Of a stretch of DNA of 64,000 nt, positions 7,934 to 16,924 are shown in pieces. A program made the translations under genes and the position numbers. The notes below the pieces were generated by a model that made no database searches, had not been told where the DNA came from, and worked only from the letters and a program-made list of their open reading frames with translations. The stretch spans positions 7,935 through 71,934 of the forward strand of contig CAZWEO010000002.1 of assembly GCA_964633115.1 (NCBI GenBank), read 5' to 3'. The first letter of the stretch is position 1. Every line of letters begins with the position of its first letter. Source of the DNA: an uncultured Desulfobacterales bacterium (GTDB taxonomy: Bacteria > Desulfobacterota > Desulfobacteria > Desulfobacterales > B30-G6).

Positions 7934-10213
7934 TTAAAGTTGGGCTAGCGTTTCGCGTGCCTCTTGGACACCATCAAAGTTTTTGTCTAAACTAAGGGCT
8001 TTTTCGAGTTGTTTCTTCGCTTTGGGCTTATCCCCTTTCTGATAGTAAGCCATACCAAGATGGTAGTTAACGGTGGCATTGTCAGCTAACTTCTCAAGGC
8101 TGTCCTTGAATTCGCTAATGGCACTGTCATAGAGGCCTTTTTTATAATAAATCCAACCGAGAGTATCCATGACACTAGGCTCAGCGGGAAGTTGCTCTTT
8201 GGCTTTTTGGGCAAAGCCCAAGGCCTCGTCGATATTTTTATCTTGTGCCGCCAATAGATAGGCCAGATTATTAGCTGCCGGTGCAAAATCGGGGTTAATT
8301 TCTAAAGCAGCACGATAATGTTTTTCTGACATATCAAAACGCTTTTTCAAATCATAAATCGTACCCAGCATCATATTCGCGCTGGTTTGACGTGGATTTT
8401 TTTCCAGTATGGATTGATACTGCGCAATGGCCTTGTCCGGGTTATTGCCGGATAAATACATGCGCGCCAGGGCATAATAGGACCGCAGATATTCCGGGTT
8501 CGCCTCGAGGGATTTTTGAAATGCAGATTCAGCTGAGTCAGATTTTTTTTGGGCAAGATAAAGCCCCCCTTTGAGATTATATATCACGGCCTTTACAGCG
8601 GGGACGTCTGCGACTATTTGCAATTGCTGATCACATTTTTCTAAAGCTGTTGCGTATTCTTTTTTTTGGGAATGCAGCAGGATAACATTGGTAAAAACAT
8701 CCATCAGTTTTGGATTAATTTTAAGGGCCTTGTTAAAATTGGTTAGTGCCGCTTTATACTGTTTGGTTAGGCGTTGCAGCAAACCCAATCGAAAATAGCC
8801 GGTGGGATTATTAGAATCCAAGTTGATTAACTTATTGAAGTTTTCTTTGGCAGCATTGACATCTTTTTGTAGCAGTTTTGCATTACCAAGTATGAGTGTT
8901 GCTTGATAATTATTAGGGCTTAATTCAAGGATTTCAGTGCTTTCTTTTTCAGCAAGCTTCATATCGCGCTGGCGCAGATAAATTTCCGCCATGAGCAGCC
9001 TGGCTTTGATAAATCGCGGATTGGCGTCGACAGCTTTGCCGAGGGATGATTTGGCCATGTTGCTGTCACCTTTGCCAAGATAGGCCACCCCCAAGAGGTA
9101 ATGCGCGCGTGCGGCGCGTGGCTCTTCCTTGACCAGTTGATTCAGCGTATCGATAGCGCCATCAAACTGTCTGGTTTGTGCCAGCAGCTCTCCTTTTAAC
9201 AAACGGGTCGGAAAGTAGTTGGGGCGCTCGGCCAAAATTTCGGTAATGATGGCATCGGCCTTGCCCATTTCTTTTTGCTTGAGATGGAATCCGGCAATGG
9301 TGTTTTTGATTCGAATATCATCTGGTTGTTTCTCAAGTGCCTGCTTGTATAATTCCAATGCTTTTTGGGGATTCCCGGAAAATTCATAGAATCCAGCTGC
9401 TACGAGGTAGGATCGAATATTTTCGGGATCCTTATCTATAGCAACCGCATAAGATGCCTCAGCTTCTGGCATCATTTTACGTTGGGCAAAATAATTGCCT
9501 TCTTGAATCAGCAATTCAACATTGTCAGGATTCAAACGGATGGCTTGATTTAAAATGGCTTCAGCTTTTTTAAAGTCTTGTTTGCTTCTGTAGAAGTTGA
9601 AAAGAACGAGGCTTGGTTTTATATCCTTGGGATCAATGCGAGTTGCTTCGATGAGGTACTTTTCCGAAGCAGAAAGTTGCCCCTTGCGGGCGAGTATCCG
9701 CGAAAGTCCCATGTAGGCGCGTATTTGTTTGGCATCCAGTTGAATTATTCGGCGGAAGATTGACTCGGCTTCATCCAGCTTCTTATTAATGTCAAACAGA
9801 CCGGCCTTTAAAAATAGTGCATCAATGTGATCAGGGTTTTTACTAAGAAGTTTTTCAACGAGTTCCCGGGCTTGATCCGTTTGTTTGCCGAGCATGTAAA
9901 ACGTGGCCATTTTGAGCTGCGCATCGGTATTGCTGTCATCTAACTGCACAACCCGAGAATAGGATCTGAAGGCACCCTGGGAGTTGCCGAGCTTTAGATA
10001 GGTTTCCCCCAGTTTGGCATGGGCATCCACATATTCGGGATTGATTTGGACCGCATTTTTAAATTCGAGCTCAGCGCTTTTAAACTCCCCTTTATCGAAG
10101 TAAGCGCTGCCTTTTTCAAAGTGGGCCAATTTTTTCTCTTCGTCGGATGCACAACCCCATATAAACGTAAGTAATAGCATGACGCCACAAAGCATTTTCA
10201 AATAACGGTTCAT
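7934..10213 (-). CDS. TPR-repeat lipoprotein (PrsT-like / MshN-like)
   Basis: 759 aa. Lipobox LLLTFIWGC|A, then TPR repeats throughout (A..Y..LG..Y...G....A...F.kAl.l.P repeated more than 15 times). Confidence 0.85.
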   Translation of the reverse strand: MNRYLKMLCGVMLLLTFIWGCASDEEKKLAHFEKGSAYFDKGEFKSAELEFKNAVQINPEYVDAHAKLGETYLKLGNSQGAFRSYSRVVQLDDSNTDAQLKMATFYMLGKQTDQARELVEKLLSKNPDHIDALFLKAGLFDINKKLDEAESIFRRIIQLDAKQIRAYMGLSRILARKGQLSASEKYLIEATRIDPKDIKPSLVLFNFYRSKQDFKKAEAILNQAIRLNPDNVELLIQEGNYFAQRKMMPEAEASYAVAIDKDPENIRSYLVAAGFYEFSGNPQKALELYKQALEKQPDDIRIKNTIAGFHLKQKEMGKADAIITEILAERPNYFPTRLLKGELLAQTRQFDGAIDTLNQLVKEEPRAARAHYLLGVAYLGKGDSNMAKSSLGKAVDANPRFIKARLLMAEIYLRQRDMKLAEKESTEILELSPNNYQATLILGNAKLLQKDVNAAKENFNKLINLDSNNPTGYFRLGLLQRLTKQYKAALTNFNKALKINPKLMDVFTNVILLHSQKKEYATALEKCDQQLQIVADVPAVKAVIYNLKGGLYLAQKKSDSAESAFQKSLEANPEYLRSYYALARMYLSGNNPDKAIAQYQSILEKNPRQTSANMMLGTIYDLKKRFDMSEKHYRAALEINPDFAPAANNLAYLLAAQDKNIDEALGFAQKAKEQLPAEPSVMDTLGWIYYKKGLYDSAISEFKDSLEKLADNATVNYHLGMAYYQKGDKPKAKKQLEKALSLDKNFDGVQEARETLAQL

Positions 10214-10334
10214 TATTCGCCTCCAGAGAGTGAATGCCCCGCCTAAATATGCGATATATTCTGCGGGGATGCATGAAAATCATAATGCAATTTTATTATT
10301 TGAACAAAAAGTAATTATAGTCATTTTTAAAATT

Positions 10335-11498
10335 TTAGGGCAAGTGATTGTCGATTTGCTGATAGAATATCCGAATCTGCTCGACTACATATTCCAGTTG
10401 CTCTTCAGAAAGTTCAGGATAAATGGGAATTGCCAGCGAACATTGTGCTGCTTTTTCAGCGTGTTTGAATTCCCCGGACTGGTAGCCCAGATTTTCAAAA
10501 CAATCCTGTAGATGCAAAGGTACCGGATAGTAAACTTCGGTTCCGATGCCTGCTTTGCTTAAAAAAGCACGCAACTCGTCTCTGCGGTCGGGTACCATAA
10601 TTACAAACTGATTATAGATGTGTCGGCCTGGTTTTTCGAGTGGTAAAATGATGCGGTCTGTTAATCCCTTTTGGTTAAAGAGGATGCGATATTTTTCAGC
10701 ATTTATTTGCCGGCCGCGAGTCCAGTCATCCAAATGTTTCAATTTTACAGATACAATGGCAGCTTGTAATGCATCCAAACGAAAATTGCCACCGATTATT
10801 TTGTGATAATATTTAGGCTTAGCACCATGACCTCTTAGAATTCGCAGGTCTGCGTCGTATTGTTCCGAATTTGTAGTAACAATACCACCGTCTCCAAAGG
10901 CACCCAGGTTTTTAGATGGAAAAAACGAAAAACATCCAAAATCTCCCATGGAACCTGCACGCAGGTCTTGGTATTCTGTACCGATGGCTTGGGCAGCGTC
11001 CTCCACCACAATCAAGCCATGTTTTTTAGCAAATTGCACGATTGGATCCATATCAGCACTCTGTCCGTATAGATGGACCGGTATAATCGCCTTAACCCGT
11101 TCTTGTTCGGCGCTGCTGAGTTTTTGCATGGTCGAATCCAGCAAATTCGGATCCATATTAAACGTAAGCGGATCAATATCAACAAAGACAGGCTTGGCAC
11201 CCAATCGTGAAATGGCACCGGCCGTAGCGAAAAACGTATACGGCGTTGTCAATACGATATCATCGCTGGAAATGTCGGCTGCCATAAGGGCGATAATGAG
11301 TGCATCTGAGCCAGATGACACACCGACAGCATAATTGGCTTTGCAATATTGGGCTATTTCTTGTTCCAAATCTGTAACTGTCTGACCAAGAATAAAATAC
11401 TGGGACTCATATACGGCTTCGGTAGCTGCTAAAATTTCATCTTTAATGGACTGGTACTGAACCTTAAGATCAAGTAGGGGTACTTTCATGGTATTCAA
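10335..11498 (-). CDS. DegT/DnrJ/EryC1/StrS-family PLP sugar aminotransferase
   Basis: 387 aa. FILGQTV..LEQEIA, GVSSGSDAL and SFFPSKNLGAFGDGG (PLP-Lys box) motifs. Confidence 0.9.
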   Translation of the reverse strand: MNTMKVPLLDLKVQYQSIKDEILAATEAVYESQYFILGQTVTDLEQEIAQYCKANYAVGVSSGSDALIIALMAADISSDDIVLTTPYTFFATAGAISRLGAKPVFVDIDPLTFNMDPNLLDSTMQKLSSAEQERVKAIIPVHLYGQSADMDPIVQFAKKHGLIVVEDAAQAIGTEYQDLRAGSMGDFGCFSFFPSKNLGAFGDGGIVTTNSEQYDADLRILRGHGAKPKYYHKIIGGNFRLDALQAAIVSVKLKHLDDWTRGRQINAEKYRILFNQKGLTDRIILPLEKPGRHIYNQFVIMVPDRRDELRAFLSKAGIGTEVYYPVPLHLQDCFENLGYQSGEFKHAEKAAQCSLAIPIYPELSEEQLEYVVEQIRIFYQQIDNHLP

Positions 11499-12886
11499 CT
11501 CTCCATTTGATGGATAATAATGAGTAATGCGTCTTGATCGCTGTCATTTTTTATCAGGTATGCCGATGGCGTGTCCATGGATACCGAAAAGCCTGTGCCC
11601 AGTATCTGGTCTACCTGATTGTAGCCAAGCCGGCAGTCACCGGTCAATATATTAATATATACACGACCCTTAGGAGCCGGATCGCATGTGTAGGTTTTAC
11701 CGGGTTTTATTGTAACCCGGATGACAGTTTCATTTGCTGATTTCTCCAGAAATTTGACACTACCCCAGGCGTTTTTTTCTGAAAGGTGTGCCCGATATTC
11801 TGGACGGTTTTGCTGTTTTAAGCGCGTGACAATTTCTTTGACATCACGACTGGTTTCCAGATTAGAAACAAATACCGCATCAGGTGTTTCCACCAGAACG
11901 ATGTCGGAAAGATCGTTGGATGTAACCAATCGGCTTTTTGAAAACAACAAACTATTGTGTGTATTCTGGCAAAGCACATCCCCCAACAAAGCATTGCCAT
12001 TCTCATCCTTGGGCAGGTATTCATGCAAAGACTTCCAGGAACCGACATCACTCCATCCAAATTCGGATGGAAGTACGACCCCATTTAGTGTCTTTTCCAT
12101 GATGGCTACATCGAAGGCCAAATTTTGCAGACACGCATAGGCGTCAATGGAAATGGGCTCTCCCATGTTAACGATAGCTTCCATTTGGGTGAACATTTTA
12201 GGTTGGTGAACCTGAAATTCATTTATAATTGCGGAACCACTAAATGCAAACATACCGCTATTCCAAAAAAAATTTCCAGCGTCGATGTAGCTTTGGGCGG
12301 TTTTAAGGTCAGGTTTTTCAACAAAACGCTTGATTTTTAAACCACCATCGGTAACCGGGATACTCCCTTCGATATAGCCATAACCGGTTTCGGGATATTC
12401 TGGCTTGATGCCAAACGTAACCAGGTTGCCTTTGATTGCCAGTTGGGTTGCCTGTGCAATCCGGTGGTGAAACTGGGTAATATCTGCAATGACATGATCA
12501 GCGGGAAATATAAAAAATATTGCATCACTAATTTTGTTATCAGCGAGAATTTTAAGAACAGCTAACAGGATGGCTGGCGCAGTGTTACGGCCAACAGGCT
12601 CACCGATTATTTTATCCTGGGGTGTGATACCCAGGGCGGCCAAATGATCAGCGGAATCCAGACGATGGTCTTGGCCACACACTATCAGCACGTTATCTGT
12701 ATTCAAGGCTGGCGATAGTCGCTGGATGGTTTCCTGCAGAAGCGACAAGCGGCTGCCAAACGCAGCCAGTTGTTTGGGCGCCTGGTTCCGTGAAACCGGC
12801 CATAGACGGGTACCGGATCCACCGGCCAGCAGAACTGGAAACACCGCTAAACCATTGCTTAAAGGTTTAGGCTCATCATTTACCAT
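11495..12886 (-). CDS. manC: mannose-1-phosphate guanylyltransferase / mannose-6-phosphate isomerase
   Basis: VLLAGGSGTRLWPVSR nucleotidyltransferase motif, EKP..., and a C-terminal cupin. The ATG at 12886 (MVNDEPK) is preferred; the ORF-track start at 12988 would run 110 nt into dnaE. Confidence 0.9.
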   Translation of the reverse strand: MVNDEPKPLSNGLAVFPVLLAGGSGTRLWPVSRNQAPKQLAAFGSRLSLLQETIQRLSPALNTDNVLIVCGQDHRLDSADHLAALGITPQDKIIGEPVGRNTAPAILLAVLKILADNKISDAIFFIFPADHVIADITQFHHRIAQATQLAIKGNLVTFGIKPEYPETGYGYIEGSIPVTDGGLKIKRFVEKPDLKTAQSYIDAGNFFWNSGMFAFSGSAIINEFQVHQPKMFTQMEAIVNMGEPISIDAYACLQNLAFDVAIMEKTLNGVVLPSEFGWSDVGSWKSLHEYLPKDENGNALLGDVLCQNTHNSLLFSKSRLVTSNDLSDIVLVETPDAVFVSNLETSRDVKEIVTRLKQQNRPEYRAHLSEKNAWGSVKFLEKSANETVIRVTIKPGKTYTCDPAPKGRVYINILTGDCRLGYNQVDQILGTGFSVSMDTPSAYLIKNDSDQDALLIIIHQMES

Positions 12887-15800
12887 AATAGGTCCTCTTT
12901 GGTTGCTGCAACGATCCAGCTTTGCTGCAAACACTCTCATAGGCCTGGTAACCCAGACAAGCGTTGACTGCCTTACGTAAATCCCCACTGGGATGCAATT
13001 GAAAAGGTTCTGGTAGGGCGATGATTGCTTCAGCCATCTCGGGTGCTTTTACGTGCAGAAAAACCTCACAAGCGCCTCGGTGGTTTTTGACTACCTGTTG
13101 AAGGGATTCAAGTTGATCGCGGCCTGTGTTGTTTGTTTCCAGATTGATGTGGATGCTGACCGTCCAGATTTCTTCTGCTTTTTGGATGGGTACAATATGG
13201 TTGGCCAACAATTTGACAGTGTTTTCCTCTTTCTGGATTTGGCCATCCACCAGAATGGCATTGTCAGCGATCAACAGATGATGGATTTCGGCATATAGGG
13301 ATGAAAAAACTACCATCTCAAAGGAGCCGTTTAAATCCTCCACGGATACAAAAGCCATCAGATCACCTCTTTTGGTGGTGATGGTTTTGATATTTCGAAT
13401 CATACCGGCCAAACGCACGCCTGTGTTGTCGTCCAGTTCTTTCAGGGTCAAGGTCTCGGCTGTGGCAAACTTGTCGATAATCGTATTGTACCGATTAAGT
13501 GGGTGACCAGTGATATAAAATCCCAGCGCCTCCTTTTCAAATGCCAAAAGCTGTCTTTCCTCCCACTCTTCGATGTCAGGCAGTGGTGGCAAATTGATAC
13601 TGGGGGCATCGGCAGCCGATCCAAACAGACATATCTGTGGATCTGCTTTTTCCCGCTGTACGCGCTGACCATATTCGAGGATTTCGTCCAGCCCCCCTGT
13701 GAGCTGCGATCGTTTCAAATCCAGGGAGTCAAAAGCACCGCTTTTAATCAGGCTTTCAAGCACGCGCCGATTGACTCGCCGCAAATCGACCCGTTCGCAG
13801 AAATCAAAAATGGAAGCAAACGGTTGTTCCTCACGATATTCGAGGATAGATTCAATAGCACCTTCACCGACATTTTTTACGGCGGCTAGACCAAAGCGAA
13901 TGCTATCTCCGATGACCACGAATTCTTTGCTACTCTCGTTAATATCCGGTGGCAGAACTGGTATGTTGTGCCCCTTGCACTCGGATATGTACTTAACCAC
14001 GCCATCGGATGAGTTCATTTCACTGGTTAGCAAAGCCGCCATGAACTCTACTGGAAAGTGTGCTTTTAAAAAGGCGGTTTGGTAGGCTATCAAAGCATAG
14101 GCGACGCTGTGTGACTTATTAAATCCATAACCGCCAAACTTGGAAATGAGACCAAATATTTCCCCGGCCTTGTCGGCAGGAATTCCGTTCTCAACAGCCC
14201 CATCCACAAATCGTTTGTGGTGTTTTGCCATGATTTCTGGTATCTTTTTACCCATGGCTTTCCGGAGATCGTCAGCCTCAGACATTTTATAATTGGCCAG
14301 AACACCGGCGATTTTCATGACCTGTTCCTGGTAGACAATAACGCCGTAAGTCTCCTTGAGGATAGATTCCAATTCAGGAACCAGGTATCGAACTTCCTTG
14401 CGTCCATGCTTGCGTTGGACAAAATCGGTCACCATACCGCTATCCAATGGGCCCGGTCGGTATAATGCTACCAGGGCGATGACGTCATCGAAAGTTTCCG
14501 GGCGCAGACGGATCAGCAAATCTTTCATCCCCGAGCTTTCCAATTGAAACACACCGGTAGTGTCTCCCGAACAAAGCAGCGCATAGGTGGCGGGGTCATC
14601 CATTTTCAGGTTGTCGATGTCAAGGGATGTTTTCCCTTGGCGAGCGATCATATCGAGTGCGTTGGCGATGACCGTTAGATTGCGAAGACCAAGAAAATCA
14701 AACTTGACGAGGCCAATTTTTTCGACGATTTTCATGTCAAATTGGGTTACGACTTCATCCTTTTTGCCCTGGAATAGAGGTAGGTATTCTACCAAGGGTC
14801 TGTCGGAGATGACCACACCGGCAGCGTGAGTGGATGCATGCCTCGGCAAACCCTCCAGTACACGCGAGACTTGAATCAACTCGGCAACATCTGGGTTTTG
14901 TTTGGCAAGTTCCCGTATTTTTGGTTCCTGCTCCAGGGCATCGTCCAAGCTGATATTCAATACATCTGGAACCATTTTGGCGATGCGATCCACTTCTTGC
15001 AGGGGGATATCCAAGGCCCGACCTACATCCCGGATAACAGCCCGGGTTTTGAGTTTTCCAAATGTGATGATTTGGGCGACACGCTCACCGCCGCCATATT
15101 TTTCGACCACATATTTAAAAACCTGTTCGCGACCATTGATGCAAAAATCCACATCGATGTCGGGCATACTTTTCCGAGCTGGATTTAAAAAGCGTTCAAA
15201 GATGAGGCCGTATTGAATCGGATCGAGGCCGGTTATACCTAAAGAATAGGCCACCAGGCTACCTGCCGCGGAGCCCCTACCCGGCCCCACGGGGATGCCA
15301 TGGGATTTGGCATACTGGATAAAATCGGCGACGATTAAGAAATAGCCCGGAAATCCCATTTTCTTGATCAGACCGATTTCATGGTCGAGTCGCTGCTCGT
15401 ATAAAGATACGTCGATATCCGGATTCTTTTCAATAAGACGCTTGATGATAGCATGGAAGCCATCCCGGGTTTTTTGTTCAAACAGCTCTGATTCGGTGAT
15501 CTTTTGGGGCGTCTCAAATTTGGGGAAGTGGTAGGTCTTGAAATCAAAATCTACCTGACAGCGGCCTGCAATTTGAACTGTGTTGGCCAAAGCATCTGGA
15601 TGGTCCTTGAAATAGGCAGCCATTTCCGGTTTGGATTTGTAATACAGCTGATTGGTGCCAAATTTGAGTCGGTTGGACATTTTAACGGTTTTGCCGGTCT
15701 GGATGCACAGCAGCACATCATGGGCCTTCACATCATCTCTATCCAGGTAATGACAATCATTGGAAGCTACCAAAGGAATTGAGAGGCGTTGACTCATGTC

Positions 15801-16394
15801 ATATAAAGCCTCATTGACCAATTCTTGTTTATCAATGCCATTGTTTTGAACTTCGAGATAGAAATTACCCTCGCCCAACATCTGGCAATATTGTTTTGCC
15901 GCATTATCGGCTTGCTCCAGATTTCCGGCAGCGATCAATTTGGGTATTTCACCTTGCAGACAGGCAGAAAAACCAATTAAACCCTGACTGTTCTGCAGAA
16001 GCAGCTCTTTGTCGATGCGCGGTTTATGGTAAAAGCCTTCCAGGCGGGCTGTTGATACGAGCTTGCAGAGATTTTGGTAGCCCTGGTTGTTTTCGGCCAG
16101 CAAAATCAGGTGTGAAATTCCTTTGTGATCCAATGGGGTTTTATCCCGCAAGGTGCGCGGAGCAACATAACACTCACAGCCGATTACCGGCTTAATATTC
16201 GCGGCCAAAGCTTTTTGATAAAATTCGATGCAACCGAACATGGTGCCGTGATCGGTAATGGCCACGGTGTCCATGCCAAGTCTGGTCGAGCGCTTGAACA
16301 GCTCATCAACACGGATGGCGCCATCCAACAAGCTGTATTGTGTGTGAACGTGTAGGTGTACGAAGTCAGGGATGGTTTCGGTCATTGTTTCCAA
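12876..16394 (-). CDS. dnaE: DNA polymerase III alpha subunit
   Basis: 1172 aa. PHP domain FVHLHVHTQYSLLDGA, then the palm/fingers and OB-fold pattern of DnaE. Confidence 0.97.
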   Translation of the reverse strand: METMTETIPDFVHLHVHTQYSLLDGAIRVDELFKRSTRLGMDTVAITDHGTMFGCIEFYQKALAANIKPVIGCECYVAPRTLRDKTPLDHKGISHLILLAENNQGYQNLCKLVSTARLEGFYHKPRIDKELLLQNSQGLIGFSACLQGEIPKLIAAGNLEQADNAAKQYCQMLGEGNFYLEVQNNGIDKQELVNEALYDMSQRLSIPLVASNDCHYLDRDDVKAHDVLLCIQTGKTVKMSNRLKFGTNQLYYKSKPEMAAYFKDHPDALANTVQIAGRCQVDFDFKTYHFPKFETPQKITESELFEQKTRDGFHAIIKRLIEKNPDIDVSLYEQRLDHEIGLIKKMGFPGYFLIVADFIQYAKSHGIPVGPGRGSAAGSLVAYSLGITGLDPIQYGLIFERFLNPARKSMPDIDVDFCINGREQVFKYVVEKYGGGERVAQIITFGKLKTRAVIRDVGRALDIPLQEVDRIAKMVPDVLNISLDDALEQEPKIRELAKQNPDVAELIQVSRVLEGLPRHASTHAAGVVISDRPLVEYLPLFQGKKDEVVTQFDMKIVEKIGLVKFDFLGLRNLTVIANALDMIARQGKTSLDIDNLKMDDPATYALLCSGDTTGVFQLESSGMKDLLIRLRPETFDDVIALVALYRPGPLDSGMVTDFVQRKHGRKEVRYLVPELESILKETYGVIVYQEQVMKIAGVLANYKMSEADDLRKAMGKKIPEIMAKHHKRFVDGAVENGIPADKAGEIFGLISKFGGYGFNKSHSVAYALIAYQTAFLKAHFPVEFMAALLTSEMNSSDGVVKYISECKGHNIPVLPPDINESSKEFVVIGDSIRFGLAAVKNVGEGAIESILEYREEQPFASIFDFCERVDLRRVNRRVLESLIKSGAFDSLDLKRSQLTGGLDEILEYGQRVQREKADPQICLFGSAADAPSINLPPLPDIEEWEERQLLAFEKEALGFYITGHPLNRYNTIIDKFATAETLTLKELDDNTGVRLAGMIRNIKTITTKRGDLMAFVSVEDLNGSFEMVVFSSLYAEIHHLLIADNAILVDGQIQKEENTVKLLANHIVPIQKAEEIWTVSIHINLETNNTGRDQLESLQQVVKNHRGACEVFLHVKAPEMAEAIIALPEPFQLHPSGDLRKAVNACLGYQAYESVCSKAGSLQQPKRTYYGK

Positions 16395-16440
16395 TATTTT
16401 CAGTGGTTCTATAGATTGTGCTCACTTTTTTATGAGATTC

Positions 16441-16492
16441 GTTAAGTAAGCAGTATGTAGTAAGCAGTAGACAGTAGGCAGTAAGGAGTAAA
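16441..16492. repeat. left arm of word-repeat inverted-repeat cassette (GTAAGCAG / GTAGGCAG / GTAAGGAG words)
   Basis: gttaaGTAAGCAGtatgtaGTAAGCAGtagacaGTAGGCAGTAAGGAGtaaac. The reverse-complement words occur at 16871-16920. Confidence 0.7.
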
Positions 16493-16561
16493 CAAAAATT
16501 AGCAACAAAAGATATGTCTATAGCCTACATCCTATCAGTCCCAGGTTAAGATTCTTGATTT

Positions 16562-16855
16562 TTATAAGCTTGTTTGTCTGTAATCTTTAGCAAAATCTAA
16601 CCAAACTTCAGTTTCACCCGCTTCACCGGCACAATCAATTAATTTGCTGATAAATGCTTTTTTGTAGCGCCTCCTTTTCCAGGCTTCGGCGATATTGGCA
16701 GGCACACTACGTGAAGATCGACGTATCTGATCCACAAGGCTGTATTTTTCTTCAGCCGGAAATTCTTTTGTGATTTTATGTATTTCCAATGCTAATTGAT
16801 AAGCAACTTGATATACATTAAGATCCTTATATCCTTTGTAATTTCTCTTGTTCAT
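16562..16855 (-). CDS. four-helix-bundle protein (23S rRNA intervening-sequence protein family)
   Basis: 97 aa: YKDLNVYQVAYQLALEIHKITKEFPAEEKYSLVDQIRRSSRSVPANIAEAWKRRRYKKAFISKL..AGEAGETEVWLDFA. This is the canonical pattern of the TIGR02436-type family. Confidence 0.85.
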   Translation of the reverse strand: MNKRNYKGYKDLNVYQVAYQLALEIHKITKEFPAEEKYSLVDQIRRSSRSVPANIAEAWKRRRYKKAFISKLIDCAGEAGETEVWLDFAKDYRQTSL

Positions 16856-16870
16856 AGGCCATTTAGCCCA

Positions 16871-16920
16871 AAGCAGCTGCCTACTCCTTACTCCCTATTG
16901 CTTACACTTTTGACTCCTGC
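16871..16920. repeat. right arm of the cassette (CTGCCTAC / CTCCTTAC / CTATTGCTTAC / TGACTCCTG words)
   Basis: aagcagCTGCCTACTCCTTACTCCctattGCTTACacttTTGACTCCTGc, ending 4 nt before the guaB stop. Confidence 0.7.
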
Positions 16921-16924
16921 AGAA

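Noticed and set aside
13503-14085. Two 128-aa + strand ORFs (with many others between 12.9 and 16.4 kb).
   Set aside because: They are antisense shadows inside dnaE. The same applies to the + ORFs inside rpsA, alaS, recA, guaB and the TPR gene, and to the - ORFs inside plsB, rpoN and the transketolase-like gene.
16441-16492. Tandem short repeats considered as a possible CRISPR array.
   Set aside because: The units are about 8 nt, directly abutting and degenerate, with no repeats of 25-40 nt or unique spacers. No cas genes are in the window.
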